Part shown: one piece after another, positions 24,179-36,241 of the stretch
How the letters are laid out: each line of letters opens with the position of its first letter
How positions within the stretch are numbered: position 1 is the stretch's first letter
Assembly: GCA_009602725.1 (NCBI GenBank)
Contig: WELB01000014.1
Span: 713,002 to 777,001, forward strand
Length of the DNA stretch: 64,000 nt
Direction: 5' to 3'
Source: Spirogloea muscicola
Taxonomy: Eukaryota
The notes under the pieces: model-generated
What the model was told of the DNA's origin: nothing
What the model saw: only the letters and a program-made list of their open reading frames with translations
Database searches by the model: none
Program-made: the position numbers and the translations under genes

Positions 24179-26330
24179 GCCCTTCCCGCTGCCAGCACTG
24201 CTGCCGGCCTTCCGCTTGGGAGCCCACCACTTGCCCCGCTGGTCCTTGCCGATCCCAACGCAGCCGCTGCTTACGCCAGCACCCGCCAAGCCCCGCAGCG
24301 ACGAAGGCTTGCGCCTGCTTGCGCGTGGGGCAATGAATGGTTGGATCTGCGTCTTGATTGCATTCTCCTGCAACACAGCCCACAAGTAAGCAGAAACTGA
24401 GCATTTTCTTCCGCATGTACATCCCTCAACCACAGCATCGCCAGCAGTAGCTCAGCCGCACTGACGTAGCCGGTCGACCAGGGCTGTCAATCTGCCGGCA
24501 GGGCTACCGTTGTCTCGGGTATGCTGTGAGCGGCAGCGAGCTGGCATGCGAGCTGAGCGCTTCGGTGCGCTTGCCATGTAATGGAAGCCCTCCTCGAAAA
24601 GTTCGAGGAAGCCTGTCACCCAGCGGTCGGCATTCTCCACCCAGTCGGTCTGGAAGTTCATGCCCACGCGCTCCGCCACTGTGTTCAGCTGCCCCGCCAA
24701 AATAATAAAGAAACGGCAAAGCGCATCAGCTCCGAAGAGACCGACTCAGAGCAAAAGGCGAAGGCACCTTGGCATTGTGGGACCGCGGGGCAGCTGAAGC
24801 TGATTGTTGAAATGTAACATTCTTGAGAACATGGAACGTGTTCTGTAAGTGATGGCCTTTACATTGCGTCCGAGCGACTGCCGATTCTGCTCCACACGTT
24901 CCTGCAGTTTCCTGATGCCCAGGTTGAGCTGCAGCTGCTGTGCCTGCAGAGGGTAGCTCGCACGCGTGCTCTTGCCTTCAGAGGGAGCTCCCAGAAATGA
25001 ATACAACCTGATGCGACTCTTGGTCGGGAATGCAAATGGTCGTCTGACTTTTGCTAAACCGTTGCACTCTGGTCTTGCCGCAAACTACTCCATGCATGCA
25101 TGTGCTGGAGTTGAACCCATGACCTCTGATACAGAAGCCGTTTGACCATCTCAGTACTGCACGACAGCGTTCAGTGTAGCAGATGTTGGTGGGTGCTCGT
25201 GGCGGCCCTTCACCTTCACGTAGCTGACGCCGAGGTCCTTGCGGGTGTAGCCGCGCGCGAGGTTGCGCATCACGTACTCGTTGTAGCCCCGCAGAATGTG
25301 CACGATGAGGTCCGACGTCGACACGCCCTCAGTGCGCTGTGTCTCCCGGAACTTGCCAACCTTCTTGACCTGCACAAGCACCGGCGGCGAAGGGCGATGT
25401 GCTCAGCAGGGGCCAAGTGCTGCCAAGGCGCATTCAATCGGTTCCCTTTCTTGGCTAAGAGTCGGCGATGGACAACGTCGTGGGTCAAGGGCTCACGTAA
25501 GCGTAGACGTCGTTCGAGGAGCCGCTGGCATCAGCGTACCTAGCGGGCCGCGGCACGAGGAGCAAGGAGGGGCTGTCACTGTCTGTGGCAACCCAATCTG
25601 TCGGTGGCGCTGATCAGATGGATTCCGGCGCTCATTTGATCATGCCAATCGGCACTCGCAGGCAGTTTCCAGGACAGCGGGGGCCTTACGGGAGCGCGTC
25701 ATGTGTGACGTAGTCGATGCGGTGCCGCGCGAGGAAGGCCTCGTCAATCACCCACGGCGCGTCCGGGACGACCTCGTCCACCCACCTGCACGACGTGCGG
25801 GACACCAGCAAGACCCATAAGACATCTACACATTACAGAAAAACATAGTATATAATACATAATGCAAAACGATTTGCATGTACAAGGACGGTACCGCCGC
25901 AGAACCCATGATGGCAGTGGCGGCAGAGACGGCGCGACTGCTGCACCACACGCACCGGCAGTGGCGCAGTGACTCGTAGCGCTCGGCCTCGGTCAGCACC
26001 GTCTTGCCCTTGTACTTGTGCGTCAGCTCGTCGTTGCAGCAGCCCACCAGCAGGTACGTGCTCGGGAACCTGGCCGCCGCCGCCACCGCCGCCATTGATC
26101 AGATTGGGCGGCACGGCAGGGACAGCCATGGTGGCGGCAGTGGCGGCGGCAGTGGCGGCGGCGGCGGCGGGGACCCTCACAGCTTCTTGGCCTGCTCCAG
26201 CGCGCGGGCGTGGCCGAAGTGGAAGAGGTCGAAGATGCCGTCGGCGTAGACGCGGATCGGGCGATCCGCCGCCGCCGCCGCCGCCGCCGCCGGCTCGCGG
26301 TCCAGGAACGCCGGCTCGCCGCCGCCACCG
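23999..26330 (-). CDS. CCT: CTP:phosphocholine cytidylyltransferase (5' end in gap)
   Basis: [24 protein letters not shown] (HxGH), [46 protein letters not shown]; polyQ tract near the C-terminus. Confidence 0.95.
24145..24177 (-). repeat. (CAG)n microsatellite encoding polyQ in CCT last exon
   Basis: (CTG)n run on the + strand. Confidence 0.85.
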
Positions 26331-27274
26331 NNNNNNNNNNNNNNNNNNNNNNNNNNNNNNNNNNNNNNNNNNNNNNNNNNNNNNNNNNNNNNNNNNNNNN
26401 NNNNNNNNNNNNNNNNNNNNNNNNNNNNNNNNNNNNNNNNNNNNNNNNNNNNNNNNNNNNNNNNNNNNNNNNNNNNNNNNNNNNNNNNNNNNNNNNNNNN
26501 NNNNNNNNNNNNNNNNNNNNNNNNNNNNNNNNNNNNNNNNNNNNNNNNNNNNNNNNNNNNNNNNNNNNNNNNNNNNNNNNNNNNNNNNNNNNNNNNNNNN
26601 NNNNNNNNNNNNNNNNNNNNNNNNNNNNNNNNNNNNNNNNNNNNNNNNNNNNNNNNNNNNNNNNNNNNNNNNNNNNNNNNNNNNNNNNNNNNNNNNNNNN
26701 NNNNNNNNNNNNNNNNNNNNNNNNNNNNNNNNNNNNNNNNNNNNNNNNNNNNNNNNNNNNNNNNNNNNNNNNNNNNNNNNNNNNNNNNNNNNNNNNNNNN
26801 NNNNNNNNNNNNNNNNNNNNNNNNNNNNNNNNNNNNNNNNNNNNNNNNNNNNNNNNNNNNNNNNNNNNNNNNNNNNNNNNNNNNNNNNNNNNNNNNNNNN
26901 NNNNNNNNNNNNNNNNNNNNNNNNNNNNNNNNNNNNNNNNNNNNNNNNNNNNNNNNNNNNNNNNNNNNNNNNNNNNNNNNNNNNNNNNNNNNNNNNNNNN
27001 NNNNNNNNNNNNNNNNNNNNNNNNNNNNNNNNNNNNNNNNNNNNNNNNNNNNNNNNNNNNNNNNNNNNNNNNNNNNNNNNNNNNNNNNNNNNNNNNNNNN
27101 NNNNNNNNNNNNNNNNNNNNNNNNNNNNNNNNNNNNNNNNNNNNNNNNNNNNNNNNNNNNNNNNNNNNNNNNNNNNNNNNNNNNNNNNNNNNNNNNNNNN
27201 NNNNNNNNNNNNNNNNNNNNNNNNNNNNNNNNNNNNNNNNNNNNNNNNNNNNNNNNNNNNNNNNNNNNNNNNNN
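26331..27274. other. Assembly gap (N run)
   Basis: 944 Ns flanked by (GCC)n; hides the 5' ends of CCT and the Mpo1-like gene. Confidence 1.
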
Positions 27275-28313
27275 GCCTGCCGCCGCCGCCGCTGCCGCCG
27301 CCGCCGCCGTTGCTCGTCGGCCGCCTGCTCGTCGCCGACGCCGCGCTGCTCGTCGCCGCGGGCTACGCCGCTTTCTACCTCCTGCTCGACCGCGCCGGCG
27401 GCGGCGCCGTCGCCGCCGCGCTGCTCGCCGCCGTCTGGCTCGGCGCCGAGGCCTTCCGCCTGCACGTCGGCCCGCCCCTGGCCTGGAAGGTGCACTCTGC
27501 TGCCCGTGGCCTGCTCTTGCGCCATGGCCTTGCCTTCACGCCGGTGAGGCGAGCATATCGTGCATAAGTGAAGGCAAAGGCGTGCCTTGACGCTGTAAGG
27601 ACCTGCTGGTTAGTGGCAAATCACTGAGCGGTACTGCAAAGGCCTTACTTCAGACCCCGACCGAGCACGATGGCGACGGAGCTGCGTCTCAGAGAGCCTG
27701 TCTGCGCTTTGCAAATGCAGATTGCGCTCATCGTGCAGGTGACGTCGTGGACGGCGCAGTTCCTCGGCCACGGGCTCTTTGAGGTTCGGCGAGCTCAGCC
27801 TGCACGACAGTCTATAGACGACGTCACGGAGTTATTACGTTGCTATCACCAATTGGATGCTACTAGCAGTATCCTGCCTCTGGGCTGCTCAAGTCAATCG
27901 CTTTTCCACATGCGTGCAGGGAAGGGCGCCAGCTCTACTGGACAACCTGGTGCAGGCCTTCCTCATGGCACCATACTTCGTTCTCCTTGAGGTATTCGTG
28001 ACATGCTACGCCGTGCCCCGTTGACGTCAATGAATGGCATAGGAGCCGCTTCGCCTCAAGCCCAAAGCATATTTTTGTCTGCTTTGACCATCCCCTTTCT
28101 TCTCTGCTTGGGCCATTCCCCTAATGGACGATGATGTTTCAGAGGCTGCCAAACCAGCAGGTGCTGGTCACGGTTGTCATCTCATTTTTACCTGGTCATT
28201 TGAAGGTACTACACGGACTCTTTGGATACGAGCCAGCACCTGGTTTCTGGCAGCGAGTGAATGTTAAGGTTGCCGAGGACGTCCAGGCGTTCAAGGAGAA
28301 GAAGGAATCGTGA
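27275..28313 (+). CDS. Mpo1-like / DUF962 membrane protein (2-hydroxy fatty acid dioxygenase family), 5' partial
   Basis: YAAFYLLLD / QVTSWTAQFLGHGLFE / GRAPALLDNLVQAFLMAPYFVLLE / VLHGLFGYEP. Confidence 0.88.
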
Positions 28314-29157
28314 GTGGTCCGTACTTCCATCTACCCTGTTATGAATCGCGTGTAACCACCATGCCCTGAATCTTGCAGCGCGACCCCTCCTGCAAGATTC
28401 TTGCATCCAGTGCAAGCATCTCTTGGTCAGGCTAAAAATCATGTGTGCATCTGCAATGTGCGCTCAGTGGCCTTGTTAGTCTGATCATCACTCTTCTTGG
28501 GAGCTGTTGCTTACTGGTCCTGACTTGGTCGGTCTTCCTAGAAGCTAGAGAGTGAGAGCCGAAGATGACAGTCAAAAAGTGCACCACACGTTCTGGTTTT
28601 TAGTATAGAATGAGGTTACTGTGCGTCCTTGATCCTTTCTTAGCCCTGATGTTGATTTTCACAGTTCTTTATGCTTTGACAGTCAATTCGAGCTCTAATC
28701 CTCTGTACTCTCTGCGGTGTGCCAACCAGGCTCGTCACCTAAGAGAAAGGCCTCTGCGGTACTCAGTCGTCTTAAAGCCAGGAGCCATAAAAGAACACTT
28801 CACAATAACTGTCCTTTTGCAAGCTCACAAGGCGCAAGGTTACCACACGAGTAACCGTGCTTACCACTTAAGGAAGTGCAGCCATGCATGGTAAAGTACA
28901 GGTGCCATGCTTGTTTCAGTACAGGCGTGCTCCACATCAAGTGATCCTAAAGTGTAGATTCTGTCAACAAACTGAGATTGTGGTCTACCGGCGCAATGCA
29001 AGTTGTGGATCTGCCTTACCACTGGCAGGTGCAGCTTGTCAGGACTATAGACGCCAGCTCGGCCTGTCAATAGTTCTAGCCATAGGCACAGCTTTTGCCT
29101 AGATGTACAGCGTGCAATGTGCACAATAGGTAACCCATGACTCTTGTTGTATAGATG

Positions 29158-31504
29158 TCAGAGCTCCTGAGTTGCAGTGCCAGTCAAGGTGTGGGAATAG
29201 CGGGAAGGGCCGCCAGGTAGCAGCTTGACCGGCCAGTCGAGGCTGCACGGCAGTCGTTGCAGCTTCAGCAGCGAGAGCTCCACCCACACCGTAAAGCACA
29301 CAAAGTGGAAGGCCAGCAGCCCCACATACCTGGCGGACAGCCAATGGATGGCCACAGCATAAATGACAAACTCACCACTTGGTCGTGTGATTAAGCCTCG
29401 TGTGTTGACCGTGCACAGTGCTTTTCTTAGTACCTGTGAGGCTCATAGACACAGACTATACCCATATGGACACAAACTACTATGCATGCGCAGTATGGAG
29501 AAGGACAACAGATGGTGTATTATTGGATGCACAAAGAAGTCTGAGAGTTAGGGCATTACCATAGAGGTGCATATGGATCAGCATAGTCAAGGAAGGGATA
29601 TGGCCACCTGACATATGCATGCAGGAATGCTCAGAACCAGCAGAACGTAAAGCACATCAAGCAGATTAAGAGCTTCCCACTTCATAATGCTGCAGAGTTT
29701 GGCAGGGTGTGCCTGCATGTTAATCAAGAGCCGGCTCTCCTTGATTGTGATGGATAACCCCGCAGACACACGGAACAGGAATAATTTCAGCCAGTAAGTG
29801 GGGTGTCGATGAGACTGACCAGTGGTTGTAAATATGGCGGTACCACGAGAAGAGGACAAACCCCACGGACCACAGAACCATGTACGAGAATCGGAACCAC
29901 GGGAACCTCTATTGAGCCAGTACCACATGCCACCACCTCTCAGACGGCATCCAGCAATGCAGTATGGAGATTCTTGCAGGCTGCTGCAACATCAGAGGCG
30001 TTCGGGCTGTGTCGGCCTAGCATCCATCACAGCAACGATGATATTGAAGCTAATCTTGGGGGATCATGAGTACCATGCTGTTGAGGCAAAACTCCCCAGC
30101 CATGCTGACTGCATTTAGGCCGTGCATGTTGTAGGAGATCTGGGTGGAGGTTGAAGGAACGGGCTCAATTTAGCAAAGAGAGAAGGCGTGCACTCCACAT
30201 GCAGTCCTCAGATCATCAGAATTACAATAGGGCTACAAGGGGGTTTGCTCAAAATGACTTTGCAAATGACAGAGTAGCACAGGCGCAGTGGCAGGAAATT
30301 ATGTTACAGGTTCAAGGGTTAGCTTGTGACGCCTGGCACTCTGGGGTTGGATGCAGCTGGTGCTCACGAAGTTAAGGATTTGCGCTGTGCGATGGGCAGC
30401 GATCGCCTCCGGAAAGAGGATGAGCCAGAGCACAAGGTCCACAAGGAGCGCCATTGCGCAGCACAGCTGCGGCAATTGCGACATGCAACGTCAGCCCCAA
30501 GCTCCGAGATTTTTCTGTTAGCCGGCACTCAACGTGGATCCCAAGCAACGTAGTAAAGCACGCACCTGGAAGAGGATTTGTAGGGCATAGCCGAGGGGGT
30601 CGGCGACCTCAGCAGTGGCGGGCCACGAGCCAGCAGTCTCGGTTAGCACGGGCTTGGGCACGAGCCGCCAGCGGGCCTCGTCGTCTCGTTCGCTGCCGTG
30701 TAGCTCGCCCTCGTCGAGCCCTTGGAGGCCCGCAGCGCCGTTCTCCATCTGAGCCGCACCGGCGACGGTGTGGACGCCCGGCACAGCCTCGATGTCGAAC
30801 GGGACGGTCTTCCCGGTCCGCAGCTTCGCCCCGGCTTGCCGTGCGAGGCGCGGGAAGCACTCCCTGGCGCTGACATAGGCCCCCAGCTGCGCGCACCGCC
30901 CGGCAGCCCCGCAGTGGCAGTGAAAGTCAGCACCGAGATTCTCACGGACAGCAGCGCGCAAAAGTTGCTCGGTTTTGAGGAGCCTCGAGATGACAGAACG
31001 TGGGTTCGGGATCCGTGAGGCCCACGCCGAAGAAGGTGGTGAGCATGGCGAAGTTCCACCTGCGGCGCAATCGCCGCAGCGCGAGCGCGCCCGCTTTCAG
31101 CTGATGGCCGGCAGCGGGGATGTGGATGCCATCTCCAAGCTCAAGCTGCTGACAAGCTGCGGCAGCTCGGGGGCCCCCATGGTGGCCCCCGAGCTTGGGC
31201 GAGGAGCCCAAGTGGGCAGCGTGCGCTGACTGGGTGTAGAAGACGTAGTTGCCGAGGCCGCCCTCCTGCGCGACGTTGGCGGCGAGGATGGCGGCGAAGT
31301 AGACGGCGAAGGCGGCACGGTAGGCGAGGAGCCAGCGGGGGTCCACCGCGCCGCGGCACGCCTGCCACACCTCGCACCGCAGCACCGCACCCCCCAACAG
31401 CTCCTCCTCCTCCGCCGGCGCCGACTCCGACGCGGCCTCCGCCGGCGCCGCCGCCGCCACCGTCGCCGCCGCCGCCGCCGGCTGCCATCCGCATCGACCG
31501 CCGG
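29158..31504 (-). CDS. Rolling-stone-like multi-pass membrane protein (5' end in gap)
   Basis: VDPRWLLAYR..YVFYTQ / WNFAMLTTFFG / GYALQILFQ / ALLVDLVLW / MHGLNAV / RFPWFRFSY / WPYPFLDYADPYAPLWYVGLLAFH. All junctions in frame. Confidence 0.78.
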
Positions 31505-31786
31505 NNNNNNNNNNNNNNNNNNNNNNNNNNNNNNNNNNNNNNNNNNNNNNNNNNNNNNNNNNNNNNNNNNNNNNNNNNNNNNNNNNNNNNNNNNNNNNNN
31601 NNNNNNNNNNNNNNNNNNNNNNNNNNNNNNNNNNNNNNNNNNNNNNNNNNNNNNNNNNNNNNNNNNNNNNNNNNNNNNNNNNNNNNNNNNNNNNNNNNNN
31701 NNNNNNNNNNNNNNNNNNNNNNNNNNNNNNNNNNNNNNNNNNNNNNNNNNNNNNNNNNNNNNNNNNNNNNNNNNNNNNNNNNNNNN
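31505..31786. other. Assembly gap (N run)
   Basis: 282 Ns between two head-to-head gene starts. Confidence 1.
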
Positions 31787-31788
31787 CG

Positions 31789-31819
<31 letters not shown>

Positions 31820-34800
31820 TCGCGCGGGCGCGGATTAGATGCGCCGCTGTCGCCGCCGCCGCCGGGGGCGCCATGGACGACCTCCGCGGCCAGACTGTGG
31901 CGGTGAGCCGATGATTGGGCACTCCGGGGGCTGCTGCCGGTGCTGGCGACCCGCCATGGCCGGCGTCGATGATGGCCGTGCTGCGCGCCGGGAATGGCGG
32001 GCGGGCGGGGCAGGTCGTGGGCCTCGGCGCGTCCGGCAGGGCGGCGGTGCGGCTGGCCCTCGCGCGCGGCGCCCACCACGTAGTCGCCGTGGACCGCAAC
32101 CCGGCGACGCCGCCGCTCGAGGTGGGCTGCGACGCGCTGTGGCGACGACTGACAGTTAGTGGTCGGTTTTCTCCGCCTAACATAAAGGCAAACCTTAAGT
32201 AAACCCCATTATTGCGGGTTTAGACACCCTGGTTAAATCTTGCCAGCCTTGGTTCATTGGTGGCTTTTTGGCGCGGTCGTAGATATATGAACCAGAGCTC
32301 TAAACACCTTTCATTTGCTTTAGTGGTTAGTTGAGTGATCTGCTCTACTGTGTGTTGGGGGCCTCAGGAACATCTGGGCCTGGCGGGGTTCGACGCGGCG
32401 CGCGTCCGAAGTGTGGCCGGGCCCCACTGCGCAGCCACCCTCGCGAGCGCGTCGCTCATTGTCCCGGTGTGCCCGTGGCGCAGCCAGACGTCGCCGCGGC
32501 CATCCGGCTGGTTCGTCACCCAGGGTCTCTATGACAGGCCCACATCTATGACCTCACCAACCCTAAACCCTAAACCCCTAAAATACAAGCCCTAGACCCT
32601 TGTTCTCTATGATGTTGACTCACTAATATCCGCAGTTTGCACCAGCTTTGTCCATGATTGTTTGCGTGGCCTAATGGTCGCCACCACTTGGTGCGGTGCG
32701 GGCAGGGCGTGCCGGCGCTGTCGGAGCTCGCCTTTGCGGCGGAGGCCCTGCCAAAGTCGGTCAAGATTGCAGCCATCACCGGCACCAACGGCAAGTCCAC
32801 CGTCACAACCTTCACTGGTCAGGTGCCGCCGCAAACCTCCGTCGCTCACCGAGCAGCTACGGCAAAGACCGGGGTCGTGAAGTGGCGGGCTTCAGTCACT
32901 GATGCTGCTCCTCGTGAATTGAGATCTTATCGAAGTCTTATCTCCTGTTCATGAGGCTTTAGTGTGTATGGGCAACTTGGGACTTCACTCTGAATCGTCA
33001 TGTCGGTGGCCTCTGTCAGCTGCTGCAAGCCGCCGGCGTGCGCGCGTTTGTTGGAGGCAATCTGGGCCAGCCCCTCTCCTGTGCTGCGCTCGAGTGTCTC
33101 GCACAACCTCCCGGTAAATTTCCTTTTCAGGTAAATGGCACACACCTGGGCGCCGCTTTATATCTAGAAATCTGGGTCTTACACTGCAGATTGTATCCAC
33201 CACGCATGAGCAGATCAAGCCATATTAAGATTGTCGACCCGCATTTCTCGCAGCAACTTTTTTTGGCGCAGCTACGGCACAATCACTATGAAAGTATTAT
33301 TGTACGTCTGCCGAGAGTGGTTGTTGAGAGTGGTCCACTGCGTCCAGGCTGCTGTGGTGGAGGTTAGCAGCTACCAGATGGAGCTTCCCGGCGACTTGAA
33401 GCCCAAGGCGAGCAAGCGGCCCAGCAAGTCCACCCACGTCCAGCATCATTGTGCTCTGTCTGTGAACCCTTTGCTTGCACAAGGCCTCTTGAACCTCACT
33501 GCCCTCTTCCTTGCATCTGTTTAGTGATTCTCAAAGCCCTAGTCTTCTGAACTTGCACTGCGGACCTTTAGGCTCAGGTTATGGTATTTCAGTTGTGCAG
33601 TCAGGTGTTAAATGATCATTGAAGGTTCTTGACTGCCATTATTTGGTGCAGGCTGCGGTGGTGCTGAACCTGACGCCGGATCACCTGGACCGCCACGGCT
33701 CCATGGAGACCTACGGCGCTGCCAAGTGCCGCGTTTTCGCACGGCAGGAGTCGTCCGACCTGGCCATCATCCCACAGAGTAGGAATGTGAGATGCCTAGC
33801 TTGCTTTCTCTTGTGCTGCTTCGTGTACTGGGGCACGGATTTAGCGTAGCGAGCTACCATAAGCAATGAGCTTTCAATGAGATAATATGGACCTCAAAGA
33901 AAGCATAAGCCGAGGCTCAAGAGCAGATGGAGCTCTCATTAGGCATCATTGCCCTCTTCACCTTGTCTGCTAGAGCGGGTGCTAAAGACTACTATATTGG
34001 AAACTGATCTGATGCCCGATCTTGCGGTGCGCTGCTGCAGATGACAACATGCTCCGGAGGCTGAGCGCACTTGCTGGCGGCAGTGGCAAGCGCGCCTGGC
34101 TGGGGGGCCTTCCTGGAGTTCAGGTGCCAAGCAACATCTGTGCTGCTCCCAACCCAGCTTTCATTGGGCCCTGCTCATATCGGGCCCTACTTATTGCGGG
34201 CCTCGTCTCATCAGCGGCCTGGTCGTCATAAGCACTAAATTGGCTCTTCATATCGTGATGAAGTGCATCACAGGCCCTGTTCTGTCATGCAAGCTGAGAA
34301 TTGCAAGCGTCCCATCTTGCCTGCTTCCACCTCAGCAGAGCCAGAATCTGGCAGAACCAACTCGAACTGTCAACGACGACGACGGCAAACAATGGCTGAC
34401 ATAGTCGGGTGTTGCCTTTTGCCAGCTGGACAGCCAGGCTAGGAGGGCAATCGTGGTAGTCCCGACGACCGGTGTCGAGGCCCGGCTGTACTTGACCTCC
34501 CTCAAGGCCGTTGGACTGCACAATGTGCACAATGCTGGCACAGCAGCACTGTTGGCGCTGGGCCTGGATGTTGGTCTGCGTGAGGGCGACATACAGGCCG
34601 GCATCAGTGCCCTGAGCCCCCCGCTGCACCGCATGCAGCTCGGTGAGGGCTCAATCTTCTCACTTCTCAAGTCATGGGCTTCCTTTGCTTCAGCTGGCTG
34701 ACTTGCAAGCGATCGATGGGTGTGGGAAACGGCTCAAGCAGTACCTGAGAATGTGAGCTGAGCTGGCTCTCTATGCAGTTTGCGAGGATCACAACGGGGT

Positions 34801-35847
34801 TCTGTGGATCAATGACAGCAAGGCGACCAATGTGGAGGCGGCGTTGGCGGGGCTGGCTGGCCTTGGTGGTCGCAAGGCCGTCGTCCTCTTGGGGGGCCTG
34901 GCGAAGGTCAGGAGGCTGCGCCTCTATGATTTGGTTGATAAGAGGTCCCAAATTATGCTGCTGTAGCAGATGCACTGCATTTCAGGAATAACCTGTGAAA
35001 CTCTACTTGCTTGGCATTAGCGTTGGCCACATAGCCCTTGGCTTTGATTGGCTGTTCATCTCACCCTATCTATTCAGGGGAGCTTTGGAAATCTCGTATG
35101 TCAACAGTCAAGGATGTTTCAAAGATCCCATTTGGTAGAGGTATTGCTTCATTGATGTCAATCTTGTTTGTCATACTGATCAGGCTGGTAGAGCTGGTGA
35201 AGGCTATGGCTTCAGTCGGCTGGTGAAGTGCCTGGATGCCCACCGCGCAGTAATCACGGTTAGTTTGTTGGCAACTATCACCCGTGGTCATCGACAATAG
35301 CAAGAAGCATTGATAGAACGCTGAGCTTTCTCTAGACCTGTATTTGCTTCAGTTTGGAGCTTCTGGCGGCGACATTGCCGAGGAGCTGAAGGCGGCGAAC
35401 CTGGGAGTGGTGCTGCAGAGTGTCTCACTGCTAGCTGAGGCCTTGCGGCTAGCTGCAAACATAGCTCAACCAGGTCACCATCGGTCGACCACTATGTGCA
35501 GTGCATGTATTATTTGCATACTGTGACGCTGTGGCTTTGTTGAATCACCAGAACTGCATCTTTGTGATGACAGGGTGCACTGGAAACACGATATTGTCCA
35601 TGAATCACTCTAGCTGCAATTGTGGTGCCTCAGAAAGGTTGCAATAAGCAATAGTTTGCCTTACCACAACGTCTATCTCTACTGAGTGCTGCTTGCTCGT
35701 TGGTGCTTAAATGCAGGGGACATTGTGCTGCTGAGCCCTGCCTGTGCGAGCTTTGATGAGTTCACAAACTTTGAGCACCGGGGCAAGTTCTTCAGTGAAT
35801 GGGCGTTAACTCAGTCGAGCCAGCCCAGTAAACGACAGGAATGCTGA
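31787..35847 (+). CDS. murD: Plastid UDP-N-acetylmuramoyl-L-alanine:D-glutamate ligase MurD (13 exons), with frameshift in exon 3
   Basis: Transit-like [88 protein letters not shown]. The SPGVP motif is split across two frames at about 32462. Confidence 0.93.
32559..32583 (+). repeat. Interstitial telomere-like (CCCTAAA)n / telo-box in murD intron
   Basis: AACCCTAAACCCTAAACCCCTAAAA; similar short tracts near 12933 and 48098. Confidence 0.7.
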
Positions 35848-36241
35848 CTATTGCCAACTCAGTGCCTTGAGGAGCTGATAATTTTTGTGGCTTAAATTAG
35901 CATGCGCTCCCGTTCATCCGAGAAACTACATCTGCTCAGCACCTAGCATTACTTAGGAGCTACATGGGAGGCTAGCAGACAAGCTATTTGCCGCATCGCT
36001 AGCTGCCTCCTCATGGGATGAGCTGGTCAAAGGGTTGGCTGACAATTGTATAGGGCAATGACTGTGGTTGGCATACTAAGATATGAGTCTCATGAGGAGC
36101 AAATTGAGGGCTGTTTACATGTGGTCAAGTAGTTGATGCTTAGCGTCACGCCTGCAAAAGGCCTCTGACCATAATTACAAGCAAATTCAGGAGTTACTGC
36201 TTGCTGCAGTGGTGCTTTGGCCTCCGCTTGTCCAGCAGGAG

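Noticed and set aside
25969..27567. 400-530 aa ORFs spanning N runs (also 30942-32183 and 58686-60415)
   Set aside because: Artefacts of translating through assembly gaps.
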